Assembly (NCBI GenBank): GCA_010093995.1
Contig: ML992515.1
Coordinates: forward strand, 239,533-303,532
DNA from: Elsinoe ampelina
Taxonomy: Eukaryota
Length of the DNA: 64,000 nucleotides
Direction: 5' to 3'
The notes under the pieces were generated by a model that had not been told where the DNA came from, searched no databases, and was given only the letters and a program-made list of their open reading frames with translations. The number at the start of each line of letters is the position of its first letter. Position 1 is the stretch's first letter. The position numbers and the translations under genes were made by a program. Positions 34,465 to 45,400 of the stretch are shown here, in pieces.

Positions 34465-35161
34465 TGTGAATCTGCAGGGTCAGTTGTTCTCAGTACTGTA
34501 AGGAAATGTATACAACCTCGGCAATGGGACCAGCTTGGACGATGCTAGTGGCAGATCGCAAGACGGGTGTCTGTACTCGCCACAATAGCAATCGTGCGCG
34601 GTGATGGCTATGTCCCCAAACTCACGGTGCGACGAATTTGTTGTTGACAACATAAGTTGGTGGAAGGAGCGAACCTCAAAAGGCAAAAGAGGAGTGTACG
34701 GTGAACCATATCTATGTACGGTTGACCATATCTTCCACCTCCCTGCATCTCATGACGGCATGATTGAGGATTGCCTCTTTTCAAGTATTGGTGACATACG
34801 ACGTCGCCTGAATCCGGTGAAAGATGTAAGTCATTCGATTCAGTTATATGTTGCTTCAATCCACTGACCTTGCTGCCAGCTCCTGAAGACTCCTCGGTCG
34901 CCGTCCAAGTGGCGAACAGCGTTTCGTCCTCCCCCTACCGCCAACGACCAAGTATTTACACACGTTGAGGGTTGGCACTCTCAAGCAGACACTCAAGACT
35001 TCTGTGAAAGGCACTCTTCCGGATCCTGCAGCGTCACAGACCCATAGCTACGCCGAAGACTCCGCCTTCCTTATACCACTCCGGACCAATCAGGCATCAT
35101 CACTTGCTTCACCCCTGCAAGCAAACAAGGGAGCAGACCACACGTCACACGGATCGACAAG

Positions 35162-36421
35162 ATGGTAGCATCAGAGGAGTATGCTTACTGTACTCTCATC
35201 ACTCGGGCTTCCTACCTCGCGGGCGTCATCCTGCTCGCCCACTCCCTCAAAAAGCACTCCTCACACCCCTTGATCGTCCTCTACACCCCCTCCTTACCCG
35301 CATCCTCTATCCGAGCCCTGGAACTCGAAGCTCCCAAGTCCAACATCCTCCTCCACAAGACCGAAGCTCTCCTCCCACGAGAAAACCAACATGTCAACCT
35401 CATCGCAGCCCGCTTCGCCGACACCTGGACCAAACTCCGCGTCTTCCAACTCCACGAACCCTTCCCCCAATTCACCCGCCTCTGCTACCTCGACGCAGAC
35501 ATGCTCATCTTCCGCTCCCCAGACGCCGTCTTCTCCCTCCCCCTAGCCCCAGACTGGATCGCCGCCAACCACGCCTGCGTCTGCAACCTCGACTCAGACC
35601 CCTGGGCACCCCCCGACTGGACCGCCGAAAACTGCGCCTACACACCCCTGCAACACCCTTCGGCCCTCACCTCCCCAACCCCAGTCACCCCTGACTCCCG
35701 CCCCACCCACCACCTCCTCAACAGCGGCTTCTTCCTCTTCACCCCCTCCCCAGCCCTATGGTCCCAAATGCTCCACTTCTTCAACACCACTCCCGCGCTG
35801 ACCACGTACAAGTTCCCGGACCAGGATTTCCTCGCCGACTTCTTCCGCAACCGCTGGCGCAGCGTAGGGTGGCAGTACAACGCCCTGAAGACAATGCGGT
35901 ACTGGCACCCGGATATCTGGCGCGACGACGAGGTGGTGGTGCTGCATTACATCGTGGATAAGCCGTGGGCGAAGCGGATCGGTCCGGACGGGAAGGCGGG
36001 GTATTTGGGCCGGGATGGGGAGACGCATAAGTGGTGGTGGGATGTGTGGGGGGAGTGGAAGGGGGAGAGGGAGGGGTTGGGGGAGGAGGGGAGGGAGTTG
36101 GTCGGGTTGGTCCGGGAGCAGACTGATAGTGGGGGGATGTTGAGTAGGGATTTGATGGATATTGGGGGGGAGGTGCAGGCTTTGGCTGGGGGGAGGAAGG
36201 AGGGGGAGAAGGAGGGTGAGAAGGATGGTGGGAAAGAAGGTGGCAAGGAGGAGGGTTTGGGTGGGCCCCATGGGAATGGCCATGATGGGCAAAATGGGCA
36301 GACTAGCCATGGGCACGCTGGACTGCCGAGGCCAATCGAGCCGACCATCAGGGGCAAGCAGTTGGGTGAGAAAGGTCACGGCCCGAGAGTCAAGGGAGGG
36401 GAGAGCTTCATGCCGCCCTAA
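35162..36421 (+). CDS. Glycosyltransferase family 8 (glycogenin/galactinol-synthase-like)
   Basis: Motifs 'TLITRASYLAG', 'DTWTKLRVF', 'YLDADML' (DxD), 'NSG', 'FPDQDFL', 'YNALKT', 'HYIVDKPW'. Confidence 0.92.
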   Translation: MVASEEYAYCTLITRASYLAGVILLAHSLKKHSSHPLIVLYTPSLPASSIRALELEAPKSNILLHKTEALLPRENQHVNLIAARFADTWTKLRVFQLHEPFPQFTRLCYLDADMLIFRSPDAVFSLPLAPDWIAANHACVCNLDSDPWAPPDWTAENCAYTPLQHPSALTSPTPVTPDSRPTHHLLNSGFFLFTPSPALWSQMLHFFNTTPALTTYKFPDQDFLADFFRNRWRSVGWQYNALKTMRYWHPDIWRDDEVVVLHYIVDKPWAKRIGPDGKAGYLGRDGETHKWWWDVWGEWKGEREGLGEEGRELVGLVREQTDSGGMLSRDLMDIGGEVQALAGGRKEGEKEGEKDGGKEGGKEEGLGGPHGNGHDGQNGQTSHGHAGLPRPIEPTIRGKQLGEKGHGPRVKGGESFMPP

Positions 36422-36623
36422 GCGTCTCAATGGATGAGGCGTCGCGTGGTGGTTGTATTTTCAGAATAGCACAGAGGGCCATGAGGCCGGCAGAGACGAC
36501 TCGACGTACAGACGAAGAAACGAGCAGGAGACGCCACTAGACACACAGCACATGGCGAGCCGTGCAGTAGAATGCAAAGAGCAGTAGACACCAAGCAACG
36601 AACCAAGCAACGACAGATCCAGA

Positions 36624-36647
36624 ATATATATATATATATATATATAT
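36624..36647. repeat. (AT)n microsatellite, ~12 units
   Basis: atatatatatatatatatatatat read directly. Confidence 0.95.
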
Positions 36648-36813
36648 GTATACAGATTGCAACCGCAGAACCCAAAAAGTCGTTACGCCATGCATGATCC
36701 ATTGCCCCCTGGGCACTTGTCCAGGTTCCGTCAATAACGAACGATATCCTCCTCCTCCCAAGGATTGCTGCCCTTCCCCCTCAAGCTATAACCTCCTCGC
36801 AAGACAACGAGAC

Positions 36814-38802
36814 CTAATCCCCCTCCCAAACCCCCTCAAACCCACCCATCCACCCACTAAGCACCTTCCTTCTAATCTCCAAGCTCAAAAACGCACCCCC
36901 TTCATACTCCCCCAACAGCCCCGCATCGATGCAATCACACCTCACTACACTCGTCGGACAGCAGAAGTAATTCACTTTCCTCAACCTTGTTAACAGTGGA
37001 TTGACTACCGACCCGGAAGAGTCCGTCACCGAGGGCATGGAGATGGAGGTGCCGAAGCTGTGTGTCCCCCGGGGAGCGGTGGTGAGGAGGGAGATGTCTT
37101 GGTTTGGACCTTGGCCCTGACTGTGGAGAAGGGGCTGGGATGGGGGCTGAGGACGAGGTTGGGCGCGGGAGGGACCTGCAGGTGAGCCATCGTAGGTGGA
37201 GCGATTTGTAGGTAGCGCGGAGACATCGGGGACGGGATGTAAAGCGTGAGCAGGCATGGGTGCGCCGACGGCTGCAGACCAGGAGAGGGCGTGGCGGGTG
37301 TTGATAGCAGAGATGGTGTCGATGGCAGGTCGGGTACTGCGACCTGCGGGGACATTCTGACCATTGAAGCCGATGCCGCCAAAAGGGTTCTCCTCGCCTT
37401 GGTTGAAGACTTCCCAGCCCCAGCGCTGTTGGGTAGGGAGGATCTCGCCTTGGAGACCGAGGGGGAATACTTGGCGTTTTGGCCAGCCGCGCAGTAGACC
37501 TGATTCAGAGAGGGCGGAGGGGGCGATTTCGATGCCGAGGGTGACTTCTGCACAGGATGGAGGAAGGACGGTGCTGATGGGCGGAGCGCGGCCGCCGGTC
37601 ATGAGGTAGGCTTCTTTTTCGCGCCAGGTGGAGTGGGGAAGGAGAGTGGCGAGTGAGATTTCGAGGGTCTTGAGGCGGACGAAGGATTGGAAGGAGGCTA
37701 TCTGTGGAGTGGAGCCGTAGTCGTAGGGGTTAATGAGGGAGAGGTGTTGGATTTTCTTGGAATGTGTTTGTTCCAGGGCAGAGACGATGGCAGGCAGTGA
37801 GTCCCATGGTTTTGGTGTGGGGGAACCAGAGCTGAACGTCATTCGGAAGGTATGAAGGTCTGGTATTTGAGAGAGAGACAGTCGTAATGAGGAGACGGAT
37901 ATCTTGGAGTCTGTGAGCTCCAATGTAGTGAGTGCCGAGCTTTGCAATTCTGGTAGCCCACCAGCCATGGGTGAATCATTCATGGCATCCTCCCAATCGA
38001 ATGCGCTGAGATGTTGTCCTCGAAACGTCTTGAGACTCGAATATGATGATAATGCGCAGAGATCGTCCAGACCGTACAGGCAAAAGCCAGTCGTGTTGTT
38101 GCTAATTTCGATGCACTCTAACGACGGTCTGTTCAGTTTATGAGGATAGATTTCCCAGTGATAGTCAAAGGAGCGGCGAGAATCGTCAGATTCTGTGGTT
38201 GAAGGCTCGTTGAACTCCTCCTGCCATGCTTTGAGAAATATTGAAAGTATGGTGGTGGGCAGATCTGGCGAAGTGATCCGCAACCACTTTAGTCTGGGCA
38301 AGTGCATCATCAGAAGCAAAAGAAAGGCAGGATGGAGCCCTTGCTGTAAGAACTTGCGCCACATGTTCCACAAGATATCATGCTGAGCTACTGTGTCGTT
38401 ATCGCGGAGTTCTGGCATAAACGAGGCAATCTCCCTTGGCTGCCATCGTATCGGCCGTATGGGTCCAGGAGCGCCACCATAGTGTAGTAAAGCGCCAGGT
38501 TGGAGCTGAAAGTCGTGGAGATGTTGCCAATCGTTGCATACACCCGAATAATGGATCTTCTTGATGTACTTTGCCAGAATTGGGTTCTGCCGCACCGCGT
38601 AGAGTATGTTGATTGGGTGGTGGTACCGGTCGAGATGTATCTTTTCAAACGATCTCCGAAATCGCAGGTGGCGAGTTAGGGCGTCCTTGCTCCGCTCGTG
38701 GATGGCCCGAGAGACACAACAGAAGCTGACGAGGTCGTCCGGGTCTACAGAATTGATCACGGCCAGCTGGACCTCGTCGGGCAGGTCTACAAAGCGTGTC
38801 AT
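36814..38802 (-). CDS. F-box / leucine-rich-repeat-like protein
   Basis: N-terminal 'FVDLPDEVQLAVI...VSRAIH' and LRR-like segments 'LPRLKWLRI', 'LTTLELTDS', 'IPDLHTF', 'FVRLKTLEIS'. Confidence 0.8.
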   Translation of the reverse strand: MTRFVDLPDEVQLAVINSVDPDDLVSFCCVSRAIHERSKDALTRHLRFRRSFEKIHLDRYHHPINILYAVRQNPILAKYIKKIHYSGVCNDWQHLHDFQLQPGALLHYGGAPGPIRPIRWQPREIASFMPELRDNDTVAQHDILWNMWRKFLQQGLHPAFLLLLMMHLPRLKWLRITSPDLPTTILSIFLKAWQEEFNEPSTTESDDSRRSFDYHWEIYPHKLNRPSLECIEISNNTTGFCLYGLDDLCALSSYSSLKTFRGQHLSAFDWEDAMNDSPMAGGLPELQSSALTTLELTDSKISVSSLRLSLSQIPDLHTFRMTFSSGSPTPKPWDSLPAIVSALEQTHSKKIQHLSLINPYDYGSTPQIASFQSFVRLKTLEISLATLLPHSTWREKEAYLMTGGRAPPISTVLPPSCAEVTLGIEIAPSALSESGLLRGWPKRQVFPLGLQGEILPTQQRWGWEVFNQGEENPFGGIGFNGQNVPAGRSTRPAIDTISAINTRHALSWSAAVGAPMPAHALHPVPDVSALPTNRSTYDGSPAGPSRAQPRPQPPSQPLLHSQGQGPNQDISLLTTAPRGTHSFGTSISMPSVTDSSGSVVNPLLTRLRKVNYFCCPTSVVRCDCIDAGLLGEYEGGAFLSLEIRRKVLSGWMGGFEGVWEGD

Positions 38803-39578
38803 TGCGGCCGTTGCAGAGGGAGAAGAGGCAGCTCTGTGCAGCGAAAGTAGACGTCGTTATCGCGACATTTGATTGCGTAGCTACCCCTCTTTCAGTACTC
38901 GCGGTCAGACCAAGATTCTAGGGTGGGTTCTGGAAAAAGAGAAGTAGAGTACCGAGTGCGTGAGAGAGCGTGCGAGGGTGTGATCAGGTTTTGGGGGCTC
39001 TGGTGTTGTCGAGGTCGAGGTTGAGAATGAGCCGAGGCGTGATCGACGTTTCCTCTGGTGAGGAGTCGAGGGAGCAATCTGCGACAGGAACCACTCCAAA
39101 CCCGAAACGTGACCAAGAATCGTGACAGGTCGTCCCCAATTGGTCAAGCATTCTTCCGCAATTAATGTCCATATTGTGCCGTCCGATAAGAGATCTGGGA
39201 ATGATGCTTGTTGGCATGATTAGTCTCCAAAAGTGTACGAGGCAAGAATGTCGCACGAGGTATGCAATGACCACATGAACAACAGCCGAGGATCACGCTC
39301 AAGATGCATCGGTTCACTCATCAATTTGTGCGTCACTTTCATGCGATGTGGAATGCTTGGTTGAAGATAATACTGCTCGATGGCTATGGTGCCTAAAGAT
39401 GCCGCTGGTCATTGCTGACTTCTCTCTGGGCATATTGACTCCCCGATTGTTATTGCTGAACTTCGCAATCATCCTCATTAGTGCGAGCTTGCTTAATCTT
39501 ACACCCTTGTCTCCATGATTAACCTGTCCATCGCGTCGTTCTTCGTCGACGCTGCGGATCTTGTTATTGTAGAGACTA

Positions 39579-40907
39579 TCACTCCTCGTCTGAAGCCTCG
39601 AACACGGACTCAGTCCTCGCACGAGCGATCATTGACCCGTGCACCGCCATCATGGAGCTGTTGTAGACGACGTCTCCTGAACCGTAACCGGAATCTCGAA
39701 GGACCCTGGTAGTCTGTTAGCTTACTTCTTTGATCTCGATGTGTTGTCGTTACGTACACAGTTCTCCCATCCTCACCATCCTCGTTGTCGTTGTCGTCGT
39801 TGTTGATGGGTACATTGAGTCTGGCCAACCTAGCTTGGGCAGCTGCCTGGGCCAACTCTAATTCCCTCTGTTTCTTGCTGTCTTGAATGGTGTCTCTGCA
39901 GAAGGCTAACTTGGACCTCTCCCTTGGGTAATCAGGGTCGATTCTCAGGCGGAAGGTCTGGAAATCATTCTTCCTCTGAACCTTCATGTCCCTCGTCTTC
40001 GTGAGCCACAACCTGTACGGGTTGGAATCGAATTCGTAATCTGCAAGGAGCTCGGGGATAGAAAATGCTTCTTTCGGGACCTGAGGATGTAAGGTATAAT
40101 CATCCTTGACAACATCGTTCAGCTTGCTGATGAGTCCTTGCGTAAAAATGTTGGTCCTGTAGTCGTCGATGTTGAGGCCTTGTCCAGTCTGGCCATTGCT
40201 GATGACCTCAATCATAGTTCCACGTCTGGTCGCTGTCCTACTTAGACCTGCCTTTGCTTGAAATCTCGTTGGCAAGTAGCACTCCAGGATGAGCATAGTG
40301 TCGATGCCAAACCCGCAAAGCTTCTTGATAAAGTTGTAGGCGTTGATGGTCGTATTCATTTCGCCGTTGGTGAATTTCCTGGCTCTAGGTCAGTTGCCTT
40401 TTCCTTTTGCTTTCAAATGCCTGGGTCTTACCACTGATAGTCGGGTCCATTCTCCCCAGCACGCCCATGAAAGTAGATGATGATCAATTCCTCCTTGTCC
40501 CACTTTTCGCGTTCGACCTCCCAGAACGTCATAAACTCCAGCTCAGTGGAATGCTCGCCCACGTCTTCCACAAAGTAGTTGGTGCGGGTGGTAAAGAAGT
40601 GTCTGATCTGATCACACTTCAGCGTGTGAGGGGTGCTGTTTAGCACGAAGTCATCCATCATCACGTCGGTGTTCCTGGCAAAACCATGAGGGTCGTCGAG
40701 TATGTAGATCCTGCCCTTCTCGTAATACTTGCGGTCGTAGACAGTAGTGTTCCCGATCCTTGGATATTTGGCCGTCCCTTCATAAATCTCTCTGCGGGTC
40801 GGAAACTCAATACTTGGAGGGTCGAATGGGGTGTCATCCTGATTGACTACCCGCTGACCACCCATGCGGACAGCGGTCGCTGCGGTCCTGTCGGTAATGG
40901 TAGACAT
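39579..40907 (-). CDS. Three-exon hypothetical protein (~407 aa) with a degenerate caspase-like (peptidase C14-type) motif series
   Basis: Exons 40907-40432, 40378-39758 and 39705-39579 total 1224 nt. Introns are GTAAGA..CTGAC..CAG and GTACGT..GCTAAC..CAG. Motifs 'ELIIIYFHGRAG', 'DTMLILEC', 'IEVISNG', 'IFTQGLISKL', 'FSIPEL'. Confidence 0.6.
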
Positions 40908-41560
40908 GTTGTATATATCGTTTCTTGTATCGGATGGAGTCCTCTGTCAATGTCGTTGGACAGTACGACCGATTCTGATTTGCGTTATTTAGATTCAAGT
41001 CGGGATCTCGAAGAAGAATCTGAAATGTGCCGCGAGTGGACGCAGTGAGAGGTGAAGTTGTAGAGGCCGTTGTGGTGAAGCTCATGCGAGGTCAAGGTCA
41101 GGTCTCACTTCCAGAAGATTTGGCCGATGGTCGTGAGGGCCACAGCTGCGCTCGTGATAAGAGCAAAAATGATGCAGACAGCTGAGAACATGGCCAGTAG
41201 CTGCGCCGGTCTGAAGATGTGGTTCTTGGTCAAGACCTTACTGAGTCGACCTTGCTATACTTGAGCTCGGATGAGAAATTGAGAAGAGTTGTGATGAAAG
41301 AGAATATGAGGTTGCAGATAACGAAGGGTGAAGTGTGAGGTCAAGTGCTGAGAGAGGACGTGTCCAAATGCTGAGACAGGATGTCTTTGACTGTGGCGAC
41401 TGATAGTGAGTGATTGACGGTGAGTGGCTGATGGTGAGCGATTGATGATAGAGGATGTCCTTGCACGTGGTGCAGAAGAAGAAGACGACGTGGCCAGGGA
41501 GCGGTGACCGGCGGATATGCTGAGATGTTCATGAGGTGGTTGAGCTGGCCAAGAAGCAAG

Positions 41561-41570
41561 CCTTTATACC
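41561..41570 (-). promoter_or_regulatory. Putative TATA box (GGTATAAAGG) upstream of the caspase-like gene
   Basis: TATAAA on the minus strand, followed by pyrimidine-rich leader-like sequence toward ATG 40907. Confidence 0.4.
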
Positions 41571-42408
41571 CTTCTGAAGCTGAAAGCCACAGTCCTGCCT
41601 TGCAGCATGTGAGGCCACTTGCCTCGAGCAGAGAACGACTCCATCCGGAGCGTGTAATGCACCACCTTCGACAAGTGAATGCCGCCAGAGTCTGCTAACT
41701 TATACCACAAGATATCTTCGAGCTCCAGAAGAGCCATACTGCACTTGCAATCGGAGCTCAAGCGTATGGTGCTGCGTGGCCTCGAGCTGTTTTCTGCATA
41801 GCCTTTCCCTTTGTATTGCCATGAATGTTGGAGTCGCCTCAGCATCTCACCTACCTTGGAGCTGGATCAGTAGCGCATACCTGACATCTGAGAGCCGGAG
41901 CACCTGCAGACTCGTCGCTAGATTTGATTCGAGCAGAATTTCAGCATGCCCTGTCGACGTGAGACTTCTCGCGCAGCCTCCGTTCCCTACTCCTGGTCTC
42001 TTTGCAAACCTACCTCTCCACTCACCCATTCGCGTCTCCGCTGGCTAACCCTGAAGATATCGGCCGAGGGCACCAACTGATGCATGCTAGGAATCCACAT
42101 GATCGCAGTGCCGGATGTCCGAGAAGGAGAAATGAATGAAACGCGACATTCTTCAGAACCCAGCCCCGCTCCGCCAAGCCAACTCGTGCCTCGGCTCATT
42201 TCGACCTGTCACGTGTACTGGAGTTCCACTTCTCTCACACATGCGGTGGACAACCATGCTTCAATAGACAGTATACGAAACTCATATACACCCGCTACCC
42301 TTTTCGCTACAACACAAGCAAACAACCACCCTCTATGTGCCCTTATTCTATTCACAACCCATTTCCCATCCCCACCGTGCCCCTTCTTCTCCCTTTTCTT
42401 CTCCATCT

Positions 42409-45400
42409 CTACGTATCATCTACCAACCTCCTTCCCTCCCACGCCTTCTTCGCCTCCTTCTCCAACGCCTCCAATTCCCCAGAACTCTCACACATTCCCC
42501 TAAAGCTCCCCTCCTCCTTCCTCACAAGATCATACGGATCTCCATACTCCACCACTTCACCCTTGTCCAGCACCAGCACCTTGTCGTAGTCGATGATTGT
42601 CTGCAACCGATGCGCGATCGTGAGTGTAGTGTTTTTGAACTCGCGGATCGTCTCTTGAATCTTGGCGTCCGTGGCGTAGTCGATACTGGCGGTGGCTTCG
42701 TCCATAAGGAGGACTTTTGGGGCTTTGAGGAGGGCGCGGGCGAGGCAGAGGAGTTGGCGTTGGCCTTGGGAGAGGTTGGAGCCGGATTCGGCGACGGAGG
42801 AGGAGAGGTTCTTGAAGATGTTCTTGTTTTCTAGGACCGCAGTCGTGGCGTCGGTGATGGTTGGAGAGTCGGGGCTGAGGTGCGTCTTGGTGACTGGAGA
42901 AGACGTGAGGGAAGATGAGGCAGTGGCGGGAATTGGTGTGGCTGGACGAGATGGCTCAGCTGATGTGCCTGGCGCGCCAATAAGCTGAACACGACGAAGA
43001 GCCGAGAATATCTCTTCGTCTGTGTAAAGCCCGAAAGGATCGAGATTGTTGCGTATCGTGCCCGTGAAAAGTGTTGGGTCTGTTCATGTCAGCGTCATGA
43101 TTGAAGATAGAGCGAAGGTCAACTTACCCTGCGGTACCATGACAATATTCTCCCGCAGGTCTTGAAGCCCAATCATGCCGATGTCCACATCATCAATCAG
43201 AATCTTGCCCTCCTCTGCCTCCAAGGCCCGGAAGAGTGCCAGTGCGAGCGAACTCTTGCCGGCACCTGTCCTCCCCACAACTCCGACCTTCTCACCAGGC
43301 TGGATCTTGAAGGTAATGTTCTTGAGAACAAAGTCGAAGTCCTTCCTGTATCTCGTGCTGTATCCGATGAGCTCAACGCCACCCTGACTTGGCCAATTTG
43401 AGGCCGGTCGGTTCTCCTCAATGATAGGTGGTGCCTCTACCTCCACATCAAAGTACTCCTTGATACGCTCAATTGCGTTCATGTTCTGCTCGTTCATCGA
43501 GTATAGTCGCACAAACCACAAAACATTCTCTGTGAAAGTCACAGCATACGTCATGGCCAGACCTGCTGCGCCAGCATCTATTCTGCCCACGCTGAGGATG
43601 ACAAAGACGCCGGTGAAGAACGAAACCAGAGCGCCGACAATGTCGACGCGGAAAGCAAGCCATCTGTTCGCCGCCCATAAGAAGATGAAAGGTCGCGAGT
43701 GGGTGTTGATTTTCTGAATGTTCTCCCTGATGAATCTGCGCTCATCTCCGTATGCTCTGATAGTCGTCATGCCGGAGAGAGTCTCTCCGAACTGCTGGTA
43801 TAATGGACTTCGCTGTACCGATTCCAGCCTTTTGAGATCCCGAGACGAGTTGATGTAAAAGCTGCCAATCAAAAAGTACAATATCGAAATGAAGACGGCT
43901 GCAATCAAGAACTGCGGTGTGATGGCCGAAATTAGAATTATGATGGTGATGATAGATGCGAGGCAGTGGACAACGCCTTCTGCGACTGGTGCAATCTCTT
44001 GGTCAACAAGCTCGATATCTTTTGAGAATCGATTCATGATTTGTCCGAGAGGTGTAGAGTCGAAGAACCTGAACTTGGCATGTAGGACAGTCTCGATCAG
44101 GCGGTGGTGGATGCGCTTGGACGCAATGATCGATCCCACAAAGACCCATCCAACACGAAGGAGGGTGACCAGCATGTAGATGAGACCGATCAATGCGTAG
44201 ATGCCGAGGTAGTATGCATCGTTGACGCCTTCAGCGTTACTGCTCTGGATCCCAAATTCATTGGTAGGAGCAGACGAGCTGTATGACATTGGCCACAAGC
44301 ATGATCCGCTCTTGACGCATGAGTAGTTGATACCGAATGTTCCACGAAGATGAGTGACGGAGGTCGTGTTGACAGCTGCTGTACTCAAGCTCGAGTACTC
44401 CTGTCGGTTGCCGTAGGCATTGGCCCATTGTCTGATCCAGACATTTGTGCCTACCTGGGATAGCTGCTGCAAGGCGAATGCTAGACAAGCTACGAACCAG
44501 TACTTGAAGCCACCCATGGACTGCAAGTACATGAAGATGATCCTTAGGTTCACGCTGCCGACCGCTTTCTCCTCCTCAGGCGCTGACGTTGAAGCTTCCT
44601 GGCCAATACCAGGAATCTGCTTGTTGGAGACAATCCGGACCAGATCCGCTCCATCGGGATAATCCACTGGAATACCGTTTGTATTACCTTTGGCATCTCC
44701 ATTGATGTAGTCGTTCTGTGACTTGTCGATGACATTTTCATTGTCACCTCCTACGTCCGAGGGGACGCGAGATGGGATCCGCGATGGTGCTTGCGATGCC
44801 GGTTTCGATTTGGACAGATCCTCGCTGAGCTTACCAGAGTCGATGACCGATGAAGCTGTTCCTTGGGAGACCACTCTGCCATTGTCCATAACCACTGCAA
44901 AGTCAGCTCTAGGTATACACAGCTGAGCGTTGTGTGTGACCAAAATACAGGTGCGGTGATACATTAGCGGACCCATGATAGCCTTGGCGAAGATCCACTT
45001 GGCCGTGTGCGCATCGACAGCACTGAGCACGTCGTCGAGCAGGACATGCCTCGCCTTGCAGTAAAGAGCACGAGCGAGAGAAATTCTCTGCTTTTGTCCA
45101 CCAGAAAGGGTGACACCCTTCTCGCCCACCAACGTCTGGTCGCCCTTGTCGAGAATTTCCAGGTCACGCTGCAAAGAGCAAGCGACAATAACGTCCTTGT
45201 ATCTTTGCGCGTCAAAGGCGCTGGCGAAGACGATATTATCCTTGATGGTACCATTGACAAGCCAAGCTTGTTGAGCGCAGTAAGCTACTGTCTCGGTGAG
45301 ACCAGTCTCGGGGTCTGCGCGAACGTCCTCTCTGCTCTTCACACCTGGTAGATTGACCTGCCCATTAAGGAGTGTCATCTCTCCGAGTAAGGCCATGAGC

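Noticed and set aside
40379..40432. In-frame TGA created at a splice junction (possible editing or readthrough)
   Set aside because: It arises only if the TAG at 40387-40385 is the acceptor, which is too close to the CTGAC branch site. The CAG ending at 40379 gives an ordinary TGG in frame.
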